A DNA stretch of 64,000 nucleotides from Epiperipatus broadwayi (taxonomy: Eukaryota > Animalia > Onychophora). The position numbers were made by a program, and so were the translations under genes. The stretch spans positions 18,104,001 to 18,168,000 of the forward strand of contig JAQFVV010000007.1 of NCBI GenBank assembly GCA_028023455.1, written 5' to 3'. The notes beneath the pieces were generated by a model that saw only the letters and a list, made by a program, of their open reading frames with translations, was not told the DNA's origin and searched no databases. This document shows positions 26,441 through 38,763 of this stretch, in pieces (the stretch's first letter is position 1; each line of letters opens with the position of its first letter).

Positions 26441-27199
26441 ACATGGATTATATATATATAGCTTTTTTTTCATTGCTAAGATGAGGTTACAAGTTTGTTT
26501 ATTTACCTAAGATCAAAAAACTACCAATCAGTGATCTTCTAGACTTTTGTTGGCTCATTTATAATTTTCCTCTGTGGATTACTGACATCTTGTGATTCTT
26601 TTTTGAACAAACAAATCAAATTATTTCTGAGACTTTTCTCGTCATTGAAAGTTGATTAATCAACATTAGAAAAACTTTAGTCATCATGAAAAGTGTTGTA
26701 AACTCTAAGAATCATAGTAGCTTACAATTGCTTTTCCTTTATCCTGAACTGAAGCTATATCTAAAGCTGAATAAGATAGCTAAAACTATTTGGGTTTTGG
26801 GAGAGCAAGGTTCTACATTTAAAGTAAGAAATATCATTAAAAATACAGCATGTATCTAATCTAAAGAATATCATGCTCTATGGTCAATTACACTATGTAG
26901 TTCCAGTTCTAAAGTCATTATTTCAAAGACAAGAGAGAAGCTTGCTTTAAACCAAAGGTTGCCAATTTAAAGTACCCACACCCTCAGGGGATACAGGAAA
27001 CTTGTCCAGGGGATATAGTGAATATCAGGTAAATAAGTATATCATGCTATTAATATATTCCAAAAGTAGTTATGTTTTCAATATTTCCAAGCTATTCCTT
27101 GTTGATACTTTCTGTCAGCCACACCAGCAGCATTTCAGGTCTTTTTTCAGATACGGACATAGTGAAGTTACATAGACTTTTTCTTACTGCATGATCTGA

Positions 27200-28500
27200 T
27201 AATCCAAAATGCATGGTTAAGATTCAAGATAGATAACGAAATTGCCAAATCGATAGCCCCTTGAGTCTCGCTTTCACGGCATCTCTACCTCCTGCACATA
27301 CACAAAATGTACTGCAGAATACACTCTCCATCTGCTTATTTCTTATTATAAAAAATAGAGGATACAGGATAATTTATTAAAAGACAAGGGTAAAGTGATC
27401 AAAAAGGTTGGAAATTTCTGGTTTAAAACTTTTCCCTTCTTTCTATACAATTTGTGGCCTCCAAATGTTTTCTCACTAACTCATTTTAACTCAATCCCAA
27501 ATACTGAATGTGTTAAAAAAAAAAAAATAATGAGTGATTTATTTCTGGGAGGTCATAAGAAATTCGAGCGCGTAAAGTAATAGAACTAGCCCTATCAGTA
27601 GATCAATGAATTAATTCACATGACATCTAAGCATGTTATCACGTGATTAGTTATCATTTTCGATGATTCCAGTAAATTTATAGATGCGTTTGAAAGGATA
27701 TTTAACTTTTAATTGAGCACTATAAAATTATTTCAGATTTCCATTTTTTCTTCTAAATTTTAATTTATAAATATTAAACGCGCGCGCATACACGCACATA
27801 AAAAATGTTAAGTTATTTTTAAGGTTATGCCAATACTGTCAAAATAATTACTGCTAGCAGTACTATTTATAAATATTTAACGCGCGCGCGCACATACACA
27901 AATGTAGTTATTTGTAAGGCTATGCTAACAAAATAATTACAAAGTCCTGCTAGCCGTACGGTTTATAAATATTTAACGCGCGCGCGCACACTCACACAAA
28001 CAAACAAAATGTAAAGTTATTTTTAAGGCTCTACCAACACTGTCAAAATAATTTCCAAGTCCTGCTACCACAAAATAAAACTTTTTATTAATTTTGATAA
28101 GTTAGTGGAAAAACTATGAGATCAAAGGGAGAAAAAAAAGCGTACATTTATACATAATTAAATAATCTGAAATCATATTTCATGTCATTAAATGTAATGT
28201 AAAATCTAGAACACGTTTGTAAAGTAAAAATCTAGAACAAGTTTGTTATGGTCTGTTTCAATAAACAGAAATAGAAAAAACTATTGCTGATGTAATTTTT
28301 GTCTTACTTTTCCTGCAAAAACGGAACCGGTAGTAGCGTCTATTTTCCAGCTAGGTTTTAACTTCCTCGTCCCTGGATATAAATCCTGGAATATTAATCG
28401 TTAGGCACAGAGTGAGCTTTTTTTAAATATTATTATTATTTAACAAAATGGAGGAAATAAAACGACATTCATACATATTTAATGCCTGTGTGCATTTTAA
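27200..28500. promoter_or_regulatory. CpG-retaining promoter-like region
   Basis: CG-rich patch, tcacgtga E-box at ~27638, (CG)n tracts, candidate donors on both strands. Confidence 0.45.
27767..28070. repeat. Tandem repeat, ~100-bp unit x3, each with a cgcgcgcg tract
   Basis: ataaatatt(t)aacgcgcgcgc begins at 27767, 27869 and 27965. Confidence 0.9.
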
Positions 28501-30170
28501 CGAAGAATCAATATTGTTTATACTATCGGTACATTAATTAAAGTTGTTTTATTTATTTATTTTAAAAAAGCATAAATAAATAAAGGTAGATAAAAAGGTA
28601 AAACAACTATAAATGGCCCATTGCAGGATAAAGGCCTCTTGAGAACATTCTAATAAAGAAACAGTAAAAAAAAAAAAAACATTTACTAGGTTTGCTAATT
28701 GCCAACTGATGTAAACTTGAGTAGGTTTCCATCAGAATAGCTAGATACCAATTTACCAACCTATATTGGATAGTTACCTGTATTAGCTATATGTCAGATA
28801 TATACAAATTAAAATCCAATTCGTGTTGAAAAATGTTTTAAGTTTAATTGGCCAGATCTCTAACCAGGTCTTGCATATAGCATGCTAATGAACTTTTTTG
28901 TTACCCTTCTAATAAAACTTGATTGGCATGTTCTGGGGGTCATCAAAAAAAAAAACCCTGTTAAAAAGTTTGCTGTACATACAGTTTACATAAGAAAGGA
29001 TGCTAATGTATAATGGTTAACGTATCAGTCGGACATTACGACTCGGCGTTCAGGTCTAAAAGAAATTAAAAAAAAAAAATTGTTTTAGATAATTCAGAAT
29101 TTTTAAGCAAATTCATGATTTTAATAAAACATTTAATCCATAACCAATGTCCAGATATTTTTGCTAAAGCTAAAAGAAAAAAAGGGAAATAACAAAAACT
29201 ATGGGTAATTGGCATTTTACCAATTAAATAACACCTTGGATTGATAGTGGAGGAGCAAGAGTTTCTATAGATAGTTATTTATTTAAGCTTGTTTTAATTT
29301 TACTCGCTGAGTGTACACAAAAAGATAAAATAACCGTTTCAATATTTCTTCATAATTATTTTATAGAAAATGAGAATGTTTTAAATGATTCCACCCTCAA
29401 GAGAAGTTAATTTACTCCATATCTCAATTTTAAAGCTATATCATTAATTAAATGGCATATTTTTTATTTTATACAAACAATTCGGAATTCAAGTCTCACT
29501 ACTAGGAACATATTCACAGCGCATCTCGTGATACTTTGGTCACTTTGGCTTAAATTCACTCTCTTGCAGGTATCTGTGACATTTATTTGATGTTTCATAT
29601 TCACTTGATGTCAGAAACTATAATTAAAGTATATATTGATATATTAGTTTAGAAAATCTGATTATGTCAATATCATATAGCGAATGTAATACAAATAAGC
29701 TGAAAATAACGCTAATTGATAAATTCTTTGTTCTCAAGCCCTCCTGAGAGTATCTTTGTTTAATTTTGAAAATAAAAATTATATGCCTTTCATGGTTTAT
29801 TAATATATTTATTATTATTTTTACAAAATATTTGTAAAATAATTACTTTCTTAAGACTAAAATATTTATAATAATTTCAGACTTTACTAAGTATATTATA
29901 AAACTTATCCCTTCTTTATGCATTGATAAAATTATAAAAAAGTAAATCTATCTTTCATATTACTTTTATAATGCTTATTTTATTAACATTAATCAATCTA
30001 ACAGTTTTGATTGACCAGCAAACTTCTTCAGAGCTATAAGACACATAAATACATGAATACACAAATAATTAATCATATCTATATATAATGTTTCAATTAA
30101 ACATAGCTATTTCATGTCTATATATGTAATTAAGATATAACAAATGAATCATTTTCATGAAGATATAATG

Positions 30171-30753
30171 TAAAATCAGGCAAAACCTTCTATACATATT
30201 GCCACTCACTGCGAGTCAGAGTAATCAATGGATGCCAGAAGGCTTGTGCATAAAATCCCTATCTGGTGCCTACTCATCCAATATCCCCAGACTAGTTTCT
30301 GGCTTGTGACCTTCATCAGTGAGGAGCCTTGAATCTGAGAGCACTGCACCTAGACCTTAGGATCTAATGCAACCCTCCAGCAGCCACATTTTATCCCTAG
30401 TTAACTACAAAACTACAAGTCTTAAATTGAAAACACTGTAACATTTTCAATCCAAGCTCATTAGCTTATATAGTCATATAGGTCTGAACTCAGTTCAGTA
30501 CCCATACATTTTGGTGATTTTGGTTTTTTAATAACCATAGCCACCACTATCCTATTAGGCAGAATTAGTTTTAAGCCAATAAACATCACATGATCATTAT
30601 TTTCTATGCTTGCTTATAACTGTTATTAAAACAGACAAAACTCTCTATAAATATTGCCACTCACTGCAAGCCAGAGTAATCAATGGCAATATGTATAGAG
30701 AGTTTTGCCTGTTTTAATAATAGTTATAAGAAAGCATAGGAAATGGTGATCAT
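30171..30753 (-). mobile_element. Family C HHR element, best copy, with 11-bp TSD
   Basis: aagatataatg at 30160-30170 and 30754-30764; ~456-nt terminal redundancy (30171 vs 30627); inverted tail. Confidence 0.9.
30284..30325 (-). ncRNA. Minimal type-I hammerhead ribozyme, family C
   Basis: TCCTCA-CTGATGA-AGGT cacaa GCCA-GAAA-CTAG-TC-TGGGGA; 6-bp helix I, GUC cleavage triplet, ACTAGT palindrome. Confidence 0.85.
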
Positions 30754-30819
30754 AAGATATAATGTTGTTTGTTTATATAATTAATTATTTGTGTATTCAT
30801 GTATATATATATATCTTAC

Positions 30820-30860
30820 AGCTCTGAAGAAGATTATTGATCAATTGAAACTGTTAGATT
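30820..30860 (+). ncRNA. Hammerhead-like motif, family H
   Basis: GCT-CTGAAGA-A-GATT attgatc AATT-GAAA-CTG-TT-AG; helix I only 2 bp. Mirror copy at ~29996-30036 on the minus strand. Confidence 0.45.
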
Positions 30861-32169
30861 GATTAATTTTAACAAATAAGAATTGTAAAAGTAATAAGAA
30901 AGGTAGATTTATTTAATTTCAGACTTTAGTTGAAAATATGACTTGAAAGAAGAGAAATCAAGAGAATTGTAATAATATAAACAACAATATATGATTGGCT
31001 GGAATGGGAACATCTCTATTATGACCATAACAATTTATTGTAATATTTAATAATTATAAGTGGAATTTTAAATTTTAAAAAAGAATTTTATTGATTTCAG
31101 AATTTTAAAAATGAAATTAAATGGAATTTTTTTTCAGCCAGCAAATATTTTTGTTGGCAGTTGCAAAAGGACAGAAGTCATTGTTCTGATTATATATTTC
31201 AGTTTATTTCTTTGTTTCTATATTTGCTATGTTAAAATATTATTTTTAAGAATTTTTTTTTTGTAAACTTATGTAATAAATAAAGAAAAATTATGGAAAT
31301 ACAGTATAGAATAATGATTTACCTATTAAAATAAAAAGTTACAAATATAACGCAAATAGCCACTAGGAACTGTCAAAAAAAGAGTTTGTAGAAATTAATA
31401 GCAAAAATATTAAGATCTTATTTCATTTTTATTACTCTCAAACTTAACATGGATACCTTGTTTATACATCTTATAACTTTTAATGTAATGACAAAAACCT
31501 TGTTAATTTTCCTATCTGCTATCTTTATATATATATATATATATATAAAAGGAGGTTGCTTTAATAACAGTTTGGAAATTGTTGATTGTTATTGATATTA
31601 GGATTGTCTAAGAGTTGACTGTTTTTTAATGATTATATAAATATATATTATAAATTGGTTTACAAGTATCCAACTTTTTGCATTTGCAACTTCAACACCA
31701 GCCACTTCAGATAAATACATCAATGATTACTACTAATTCTTTATTAAAGTAGAGATTATCCCTGACCCAGATGTAACTTTAAACTGTTGTTTTTACTATA
31801 AGTTGGGGTACAAGGGTCATATATTATGCACTCACAAATTTGTCTGCAACCACTTCATATAAAATACAAATTAATACTTTATTAGCAAATTAGAATTTGA
31901 TTATAAGAACTATATTAATGTTTCTTATTTAATAGCTATAATTGTAGCATTTGTTTAATATTTAAGTTACTACATGATACATTTGTCATTATTTCCTACC
32001 TACACAACCTCCCTGTCTTCTTTTTTTAAATATTAAATCAAGGGAAAAAATTAACTAATTAATTATTTTAATATTCATTTCCAAATGTCATAAATATCAT
32101 TTTCTATGTTTGATAATCTTAATCTATACTGTTATGGATACAGAGATTCTGTTGCAAATAATGAATGAA

Positions 32170-32450
32170 AAAGGAAGCATCTATCATTGGCATGATTTAA
32201 AAAATTAGAGACTGAAGTGGGCATTGACCGAACAATTTGCTATCAGAAAAACCAGATTAAATTTCAGAGATCTTCATCATAAAGTGTTTGTGACCAGTGT
32301 ATTTGATACACACAAGGAATATACTGTACAGGACTAAGAATGTCCAGCCTTATTGTCCAATAAAAGGCATTTACATTGCAGAATTTTTTTTTATAAAGAG
32401 CATCTTTTATGCCATGTGACAAAAGGTATTAGTCCATTATGTGTAACCAC
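32170..32450 (+). mobile_element. Mariner-like transposase remnant
   Basis: EVGIDRTICYQ... with spacing like the mariner HTH-to-catalytic linker; many stops. Confidence 0.3.
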
Positions 32451-33224
32451 AATTTTTTTATTTCCTCTACAATAGCTAATCCTCTCTAATTGCACTCTTT
32501 TATCTTTCTATTCATTTGAAACAGAATTAAATTTTGCAATCTGCAGGATTTTTTTAGTTATTTGTATCACTTATATTCTTATTATTGTTTTCATTTGCTG
32601 TAACAGTAAATAAATAACTTCTCTCCATTGGACCTAGTGTAGTAAGTTTTGGGTTCAAACAGGAATAATCTTTAAACAGTCCATCTTCTCTTTATTAATT
32701 CAAATTTATTATGCAAAAGATGAAAAACTGTCTACTTCCACATCAAAGAAGTCAATCAGTAAAATTGCTTTATAAACAATTTCAATGAAAATTGATTCTC
32801 CATTAATTCCAATTAGGCGACTTCTCTTTGTGCAATAAAATACTCTTTTGCATACATTAAAAGAAATACTGTAATTAAAAAAATAAAAGCATTCCTTAAA
32901 GTGTATTGCAATACTAATGGGCTATTACATCAGATGAAGCTTTTTAGACAAACGCATTATCAGATAAAATATGAGAACTAAATATAAATTACCAGACAAT
33001 ACTTTTAATCTAATCAATCCTCAATGTTCATCATCCAGCAATTAGAAATCTCATAATACCCTTTATATTCACAATTCATCCACGAAGAGTTGTCAAAAAA
33101 AAACAACTTTTCTCTGTAGGCAGTCCTTTAAAAGTAGTTTTATCTACCTTCTAATATGATTTATCCTATGATCTAAAAGATAATTCTATTTTAGTAGTTA
33201 GCATTTACAATTTTCTCTTCCTTA

Positions 33225-33528
33225 GTTGGGCTTTGAGCATTTAATTATCAGATTTTCAATGATATGGTTGGCTGGAGAGTTGGAGGGTGGAGTAGACTGA
33301 AACCTATACATTAAAGTCTGAATATTTGCTATCTTAATATAAACTGAGCACTAATTATATATAGATGTCTGGAGATGATGATTTGAACCAACTGATGAGT
33401 GCTGGTTCAGCACAAAATATGTATATGGAGATCATTTATCTTTATCATATGTATGTGGTCATGTGTGTTAGTTGTATGAGATGGAGTGGATGACTAAGGG
33501 AGCTTGAAAGACATGTTTAAATGCCCTC
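33225..33528 (+). mobile_element. Family B (subfamily b) copy; HHR at 33388-33428 with G12->A
   Basis: CCAA-CTGATGA-GTGCTGGTTCAGCAC-AAAA-TATGTA-TA-TGGAGATCAT. Confidence 0.8.
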
Positions 33529-34637
33529 TAATTATTTTCTAATTTTATTTTCCATATATTTTATATATTTTGCATTTCAACAAATATCAGTACTGGTGCT
33601 ACATTATGTAAATTTTTTTTACTAAAAACTATTTATTTATTTTTCATTTTTTTAAATATGGAAGTGATGTGTAATAGAAAAAAATATTAATATACAAACT
33701 TTATATATGGCATACTTTTATTGTAGAGTCTTTGTGCTTTAATACTATGGAATTGTGATTTCTAGGGTTCAATGTCTGTGGATTATAACTTCAAACTTTT
33801 CTAGTGCTCACACTTCTTATGAAATTCTGAGCAATAAAACATTTGATTATTTTTATTACATATATATATACACACACCAGAAATGTATCTGGCCTATGGA
33901 AAGACTATCATTTTTGTAATAGTTTTTTTTTAATTGGTTGCTTTAACAAATTTCAATCATTACTGTAGATCTCTGAACTATGCAATATCAAACTACATGA
34001 CTTCAATTATACGCTCACCAAAACTAAATACAAATACAGTACTATAGCATCTATTTTCCCCCTTCACTAAATATTACATATCAAACATGAATTTATGTGC
34101 TGTAATAACATTTTTGTTCACAATTAAAATACTATTCCTATTTAGTTCTGTTTTGTAGTTAAAAGCACATGTACTTATTTTTTCAGAGTGGTTTTTTTCT
34201 TCAAAAAGTTTTATTCCATATGTCTTTTGTAAAATATAATTTTTTATAATCCAGAAATGTACAGTCTATAGAAAGAGCATTGTTTTGCAATAGTTTTTTT
34301 TTAATTCATTGCTTGAACAATTTTTTTTGCTTCATGGGATTGCTTGCTGGCAAATATATCTGGCCTATGAAAGAAAGGAATTACTTCCTTTGCACAAAAT
34401 GCTTTGTAAAAAAAGAATTATGATTTATTAATAGCAGAACAAATAATTATTTTTTTCTTGAATGTTTAACTTGAATATCACATGACAGTATTACGGATAA
34501 ACATTTAGGGATTATATATATTCATATATGAATCAAGATGTAGTCTTGAGAAAAGATTAACAGACCATCAATTATTATGTAAATGTGTAAAAAATAAAAG
34601 TAATAAAGATTTAGTAACAACTTCTGTTTTCTTTGTT

Positions 34638-34814
34638 CATGAAAAAACATGTAAGTTTATTTATAATTTCGATATTGAAACTGCTAAGATTATTCATATG
34701 GAGAAAAATCGTAATAAAAGAAAAATTAAGAAGACAATTTTCATATATAGAATATCTATAATCAATTGACAATCTGCTAATGTTAAAATTCAGGAATTTT
34801 GGGATGTGACTTGA
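34638..34814 (+). pseudogene. Penelope-like GIY-YIG endonuclease C-terminal remnant
   Basis: H...YNFDIETAKIIHMEKNRNKRKL...IN*QSANVKIQEFW; one in-frame stop and a probable frameshift. Confidence 0.6.
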
Positions 34815-34848
34815 TGAAGTTGACTGCCATTATATTTGAATTTAAATG

Positions 34849-34891
34849 ACCACTGAAGAAGGTTAAGAGATTAACTGAAAGTATTTCAGTG
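34849..34891 (+). ncRNA. Hammerhead-like motif in Penelope pLTR position
   Basis: CTGAAGA-A-GGTTAA gaga TTAACT-GAAA-GTATTTC; helix I unclear. Confidence 0.5.
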
Positions 34892-35734
34892 ATTTGTTAT
34901 AGTTTTTATAACTATATTAACAGCATTGTATATATATTTATTACAATATTTATTCCATAATGAACATTTTATTTTATTTATATATATACACACAAGTTTC
35001 TTTTTTGAACAGCACCCTATTTATCATATTTATATACATATAATGTTTTGATATTTAGTGTTATTTTATATGTAAAGTTTAATTAATTGTGTTAATAAAA
35101 CAATTAAAGAAATATAATAGTGTTAACCTTTTAATAGATAATTAAATCGACAGAAATTAGCATTTAAAATAAATATTTTTTAATATATATATATATGACT
35201 TTCAGTTTGAAAAATGTTTGTGATTAAAAAAATTTTTTTTTAACATATCTGTTAGTGAAAATATTTCTAAAAATAATGAAAATATTTTATAAGCAAAGAA
35301 AATAACTTAAAAAAAAGTGATCAACATCTCTCTATATAAAATCCATGTTAATATTTATCCCTAAGGCTGTCATGTGCTTCCATGTGAATGCATGTTTTTC
35401 CATAAGGCTGTCACATGTCAAATTCACAACCAATTAAAAAAAATATTACATTTCTCCACAACACTGTCAAATTTACAATTGAAAAATTGGTAAAAAAAAT
35501 ATAAATTTGTTTTTATAAATAAATAACTATATCTAATTAAACCCTAACTTATATTATGAGTATTTTATGCATGGAAGTAATTTCACCCTTTATATTTAAT
35601 AATTCATAATTTTTATTATGTTTATGTGAAGAAAATAATTACATCATTAATCACACTGTAATTTTTATAGTTGCAATGCCTTCAAATTCACAAATCAAAT
35701 ATAATTACAAGTATATTAAAAATTTATAATCAAT

Positions 35735-36356
35735 CTTTAATTATGAAGAATTAGAAGAAGTTAACAGTTACAAATACCTAGGTCAGAATATTAATACAGA
35801 TGGAAACATAATGGAGGAAATTAATCATAGAATTAAACTTGGTTGGAGTGCTTTTGGTAGAAATAACTTGATACTAAAAGGAAATATGCCTATGTGTTTG
35901 AAAAGAATGGTTTTTAACAAATGTATTTTACCAGTTCTTACTTATGGATCTGAGACTTGGACACTTAATAGAAGAGCAATACAAAGACTTCATACCACTC
36001 AAAGGAGTATGGAGAGATGTATGTTGGGAGTAACAAGAGATCGAAAACGCAATGTATGGGTAAGACAACAAACAGGTGTTACTGACCTTATTGAAAAAAT
36101 TAAAAGATTGAAATGGAGTTGGGCTGGACATATTGCTAGAAGAAATGATAATAGATGGACAATTGAAATTTTAAACTGGATGCCAAGAGATTGTAAAAGA
36201 CCCAGAAAGAGACTACATGTGAGATGGATGGATGAAATAAGTAAATGTGCAGGGATGTTGTGGAAAAGAGAAACTAAAGATCAGAGAAGATGGATTAAAC
36301 TTGGAGAGACCTTCATCCTGCAGTGGATTGATAATGGTTGTTGTTGATGATGATGA
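35735..36356 (+). mobile_element. RTE-clade LINE 3' fragment, young (track ORF 35811-36347)
   Basis: Nearly identical to 20260-20856; ends in a (gat)n tail. Confidence 0.95.
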
Positions 36357-36688
36357 TATTAAAAATTTAAATTTAGCTTTATTAATACCTTGCCAGGTAC
36401 ATTTCTGATATATGATAAACAGGCCGGATTGTTCCAAACATTTTTTTTTTTCTATTTTTCAATTATGAATTTTTCACATTTATTTATATACTATTAAAAT
36501 CTTTTATTTAATTTACTTTAAGTCATAAAAAAAAATTGTTAAAGCAACCAATTAAAAAATAAATAAAACCTTTCCAAATTTAATTTACTTTTAAGTCATA
36601 AATATTTTCTTGCTTCCCATCACCTGAATTTACAATAGTTCAAAAAATTATAGTATACTTATCATATACTCTTTACATTATTTAAGAA

Positions 36689-36887
36689 CAACAATATATC
36701 TTCTGTATTTTTGGAGCATTCCATGAAATCTGGACACAATTTTACTCCTACCAATCCTGTAATTATATGCACTAAATCAAATGATCATAAGAGGAAAATA
36801 AAAGAAGCATTCTATATTAATGGAAATATTAATGCTATAAATAGAAAAGACACTTGCTTTGATATATCGAAGAAATGGTCAACGTAA
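36689..36887 (+). pseudogene. Penelope-like GIY-YIG endonuclease C-terminal remnant
   Basis: SSVFLEH/SGHNFTPTNPVIICTKSNDHKRKIKEAFYINGNINAINRKD...ISKKW*; one frameshift. Confidence 0.75.
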
Positions 36888-36938
36888 CACGTGCTAATTT
36901 AAATATCTTTGTATATATTTTATTATGTATTTTTAAGA

Positions 36939-36981
36939 AAGCTATGATTATGAGACATGGATCCTCGAAAACGTTTAGCTT
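36939..36981 (+). ncRNA. Degenerate hammerhead motif in Penelope pLTR position
   Basis: AAGCT-ATGATTA-T-GAG acatggatc CTC-GAAA-ACGT-TT-AGCTT; helix I 5 bp, AACGTT palindrome, two core mismatches. Confidence 0.55.
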
Positions 36982-37689
36982 ATTTTTATTTTTATTTATA
37001 ACTTCTCTTTTTTAACTTCACTTTTTAGTTTTTGTGTTTATTTATATATAACGGGAAGTAATCTATTTTATTATTTAATATTAAAAATATCTTTAATAAT
37101 AGCAATAATAACTCTAATTAAAATGTTACCTTTCTGTTTTTATCAAAATAACATAAAATTGTTCTTGTCTTCTGATTATATCTGATATCTAAAAATAAAA
37201 GTAAAAATTAAAATATATAACCATATCTACTAGATCACAAGTGTAAAAGTATGACCAGAAATGAAAACTAGAAGTCAAAACAATTCTCATACATATTATT
37301 ACAACTCCATTATTATGACGATTATAAAATTGCTATATTTTATTATGAATTCTATTGGAAATTAATAAATAAAGTAATATTACATTAAAGTAACTTTTGG
37401 ATTATTGTATAAAATAGAAATAATATATTGATTTTCCACATATGTATTCATGAGTAGAAAGAAAAAATTAATAACTATATTGCTAACATCAAGTACTATT
37501 CTCTATATATGATTTTAAATATTTTCTTTTGCTAATGCTCTTTTTGTTTAATTATTCATATTTTTACAATAACATGTTACCTGGAGACACTGTGCATGTC
37601 CTCTGCATATTTTGTAATCATATATTATAAACAAACTATTACAGTCTCTGCTTTAAGTCTTATGTGATGTTATATTGCTAAGTCTACTA

Positions 37690-38045
37690 ATATATGGTTT
37701 GGCTGAAGATCTCTCAGCTTCATATAGCTATTTGAGTTGGATAGCTAGGTTTGAAGACATGTAGGGTGTCTGAAAATTTCAGAATTTTCACTCAATATAA
37801 ATTTTAGATAAATGCTGGCTTTGGGTTAGTATTTTTAGATCTAGTGTCTGAAGCTACCCCAGTGCCTCTCTGAGGAGTGTCAAAGCATGAAATCATTGGT
37901 CAGAGATTTGGAGGGGGGTCCTGACAGAGATATTTTAATTGCTTTCTCGGGCTAAGCATTTATCACAAAGCTTCTTGAGCAATTGGCAATGCCCATTGTT
38001 TATATCTTACAAACTTAAAAGAATGGGGTCATGTGATCTATGACT
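37690..38045 (+). mobile_element. Family D HHR element
   Basis: Inverted homolog of 23000-23300. Confidence 0.65.
37866..37905 (+). ncRNA. Type-I hammerhead ribozyme, family D
   Basis: CTCT-CTGAGGA-GTGT caaa GCAT-GAAA-TCATTGG-TC-AGAG; GUC triplet, 4-bp helix I. Confidence 0.7.
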
Positions 38046-38624
38046 ATTTTTTATTTGACAAACTATAGATTACTTTTTTCCATTTAAAACTATTTTTATA
38101 TACATTTTAGTTTATATTAATTTACTTGTGATTTTACAAGCAAAAAATAGAAAGAGAATACTCTCATGAATAAATTCAATTTTAATTCCTAAGTTATTTG
38201 TAGATTAACAGGTAAGTTTAATTTGATTTTAAAAATGATTATTTATTTTCATTTTTGACATCTCTTAATCTAAGTTTTTAAACATACTTTTTTAAAAGAA
38301 ATTGAAAATGTTTTTGGAAAAAAATGGAAAGTTGTAGAAAATATATTTATAGATCTGAAATGAAATACAACTTTGTCTTTAACTTAGTGTTTTCCTGAAG
38401 TTTTGTGATGATGGTGTTCTAGTTGTATTTTTATATTGGACTATTTCCACCATCTAATGTGAGTATTAAATGTCTTTAGAAAAATTTAACTTTATTTAAA
38501 TATTCCAAATACATTCAACTGTTAGTAATGACACATCAAACAGGTTAGTATATGCACAATGTTGTGAGAGGTATTATTCTTTCATCTTCTTCAGGTGTTG
38601 CTGGCCTGGCCAGTGATAGTACTA

Positions 38625-38706
38625 GCATGGGATTCGAATCTGGACCCTTAGGTTCTTGAATATTGAATTTTAAGATAACGCTCCAACCAACTGAGCCATC
38701 ATGCCT
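38625..38706 (-). other. tRNA-derived Pol III head (A-box and B-box) in family A
   Basis: Minus strand GGCATGA-TGGCTCAGTTGGTTGGAGCG...AGATTCGAATCCC; no normal anticodon arm. Confidence 0.7.
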
Positions 38707-38720
38707 GATCAGGCCAGCAA

Positions 38721-38763
38721 CACCTGAAGAAGAGGGAAAAATAATACCTCTTGAAATGTTGTG
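38721..38763 (+). ncRNA. Minimal type-I hammerhead ribozyme, family A
   Basis: CAC-CTGAAGA-AGAGGG aaaaataata CCTCTT-GAAA-TGTT-GTG; mirror degenerate copy at ~38554-38597 on the minus strand. Confidence 0.65.

Larger units (their letters stand above)
29940..30915. mobile_element. Family H fold-back element (arms ~29940-30080 and ~30770-30915) interrupted by a family C insertion
   Basis: aatcaatctaacagttttgattgaccagcaaacttcttcagagct is inverted as agctctgaagaagattattgatcaattgaaactgttagattgatt. Confidence 0.75.
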
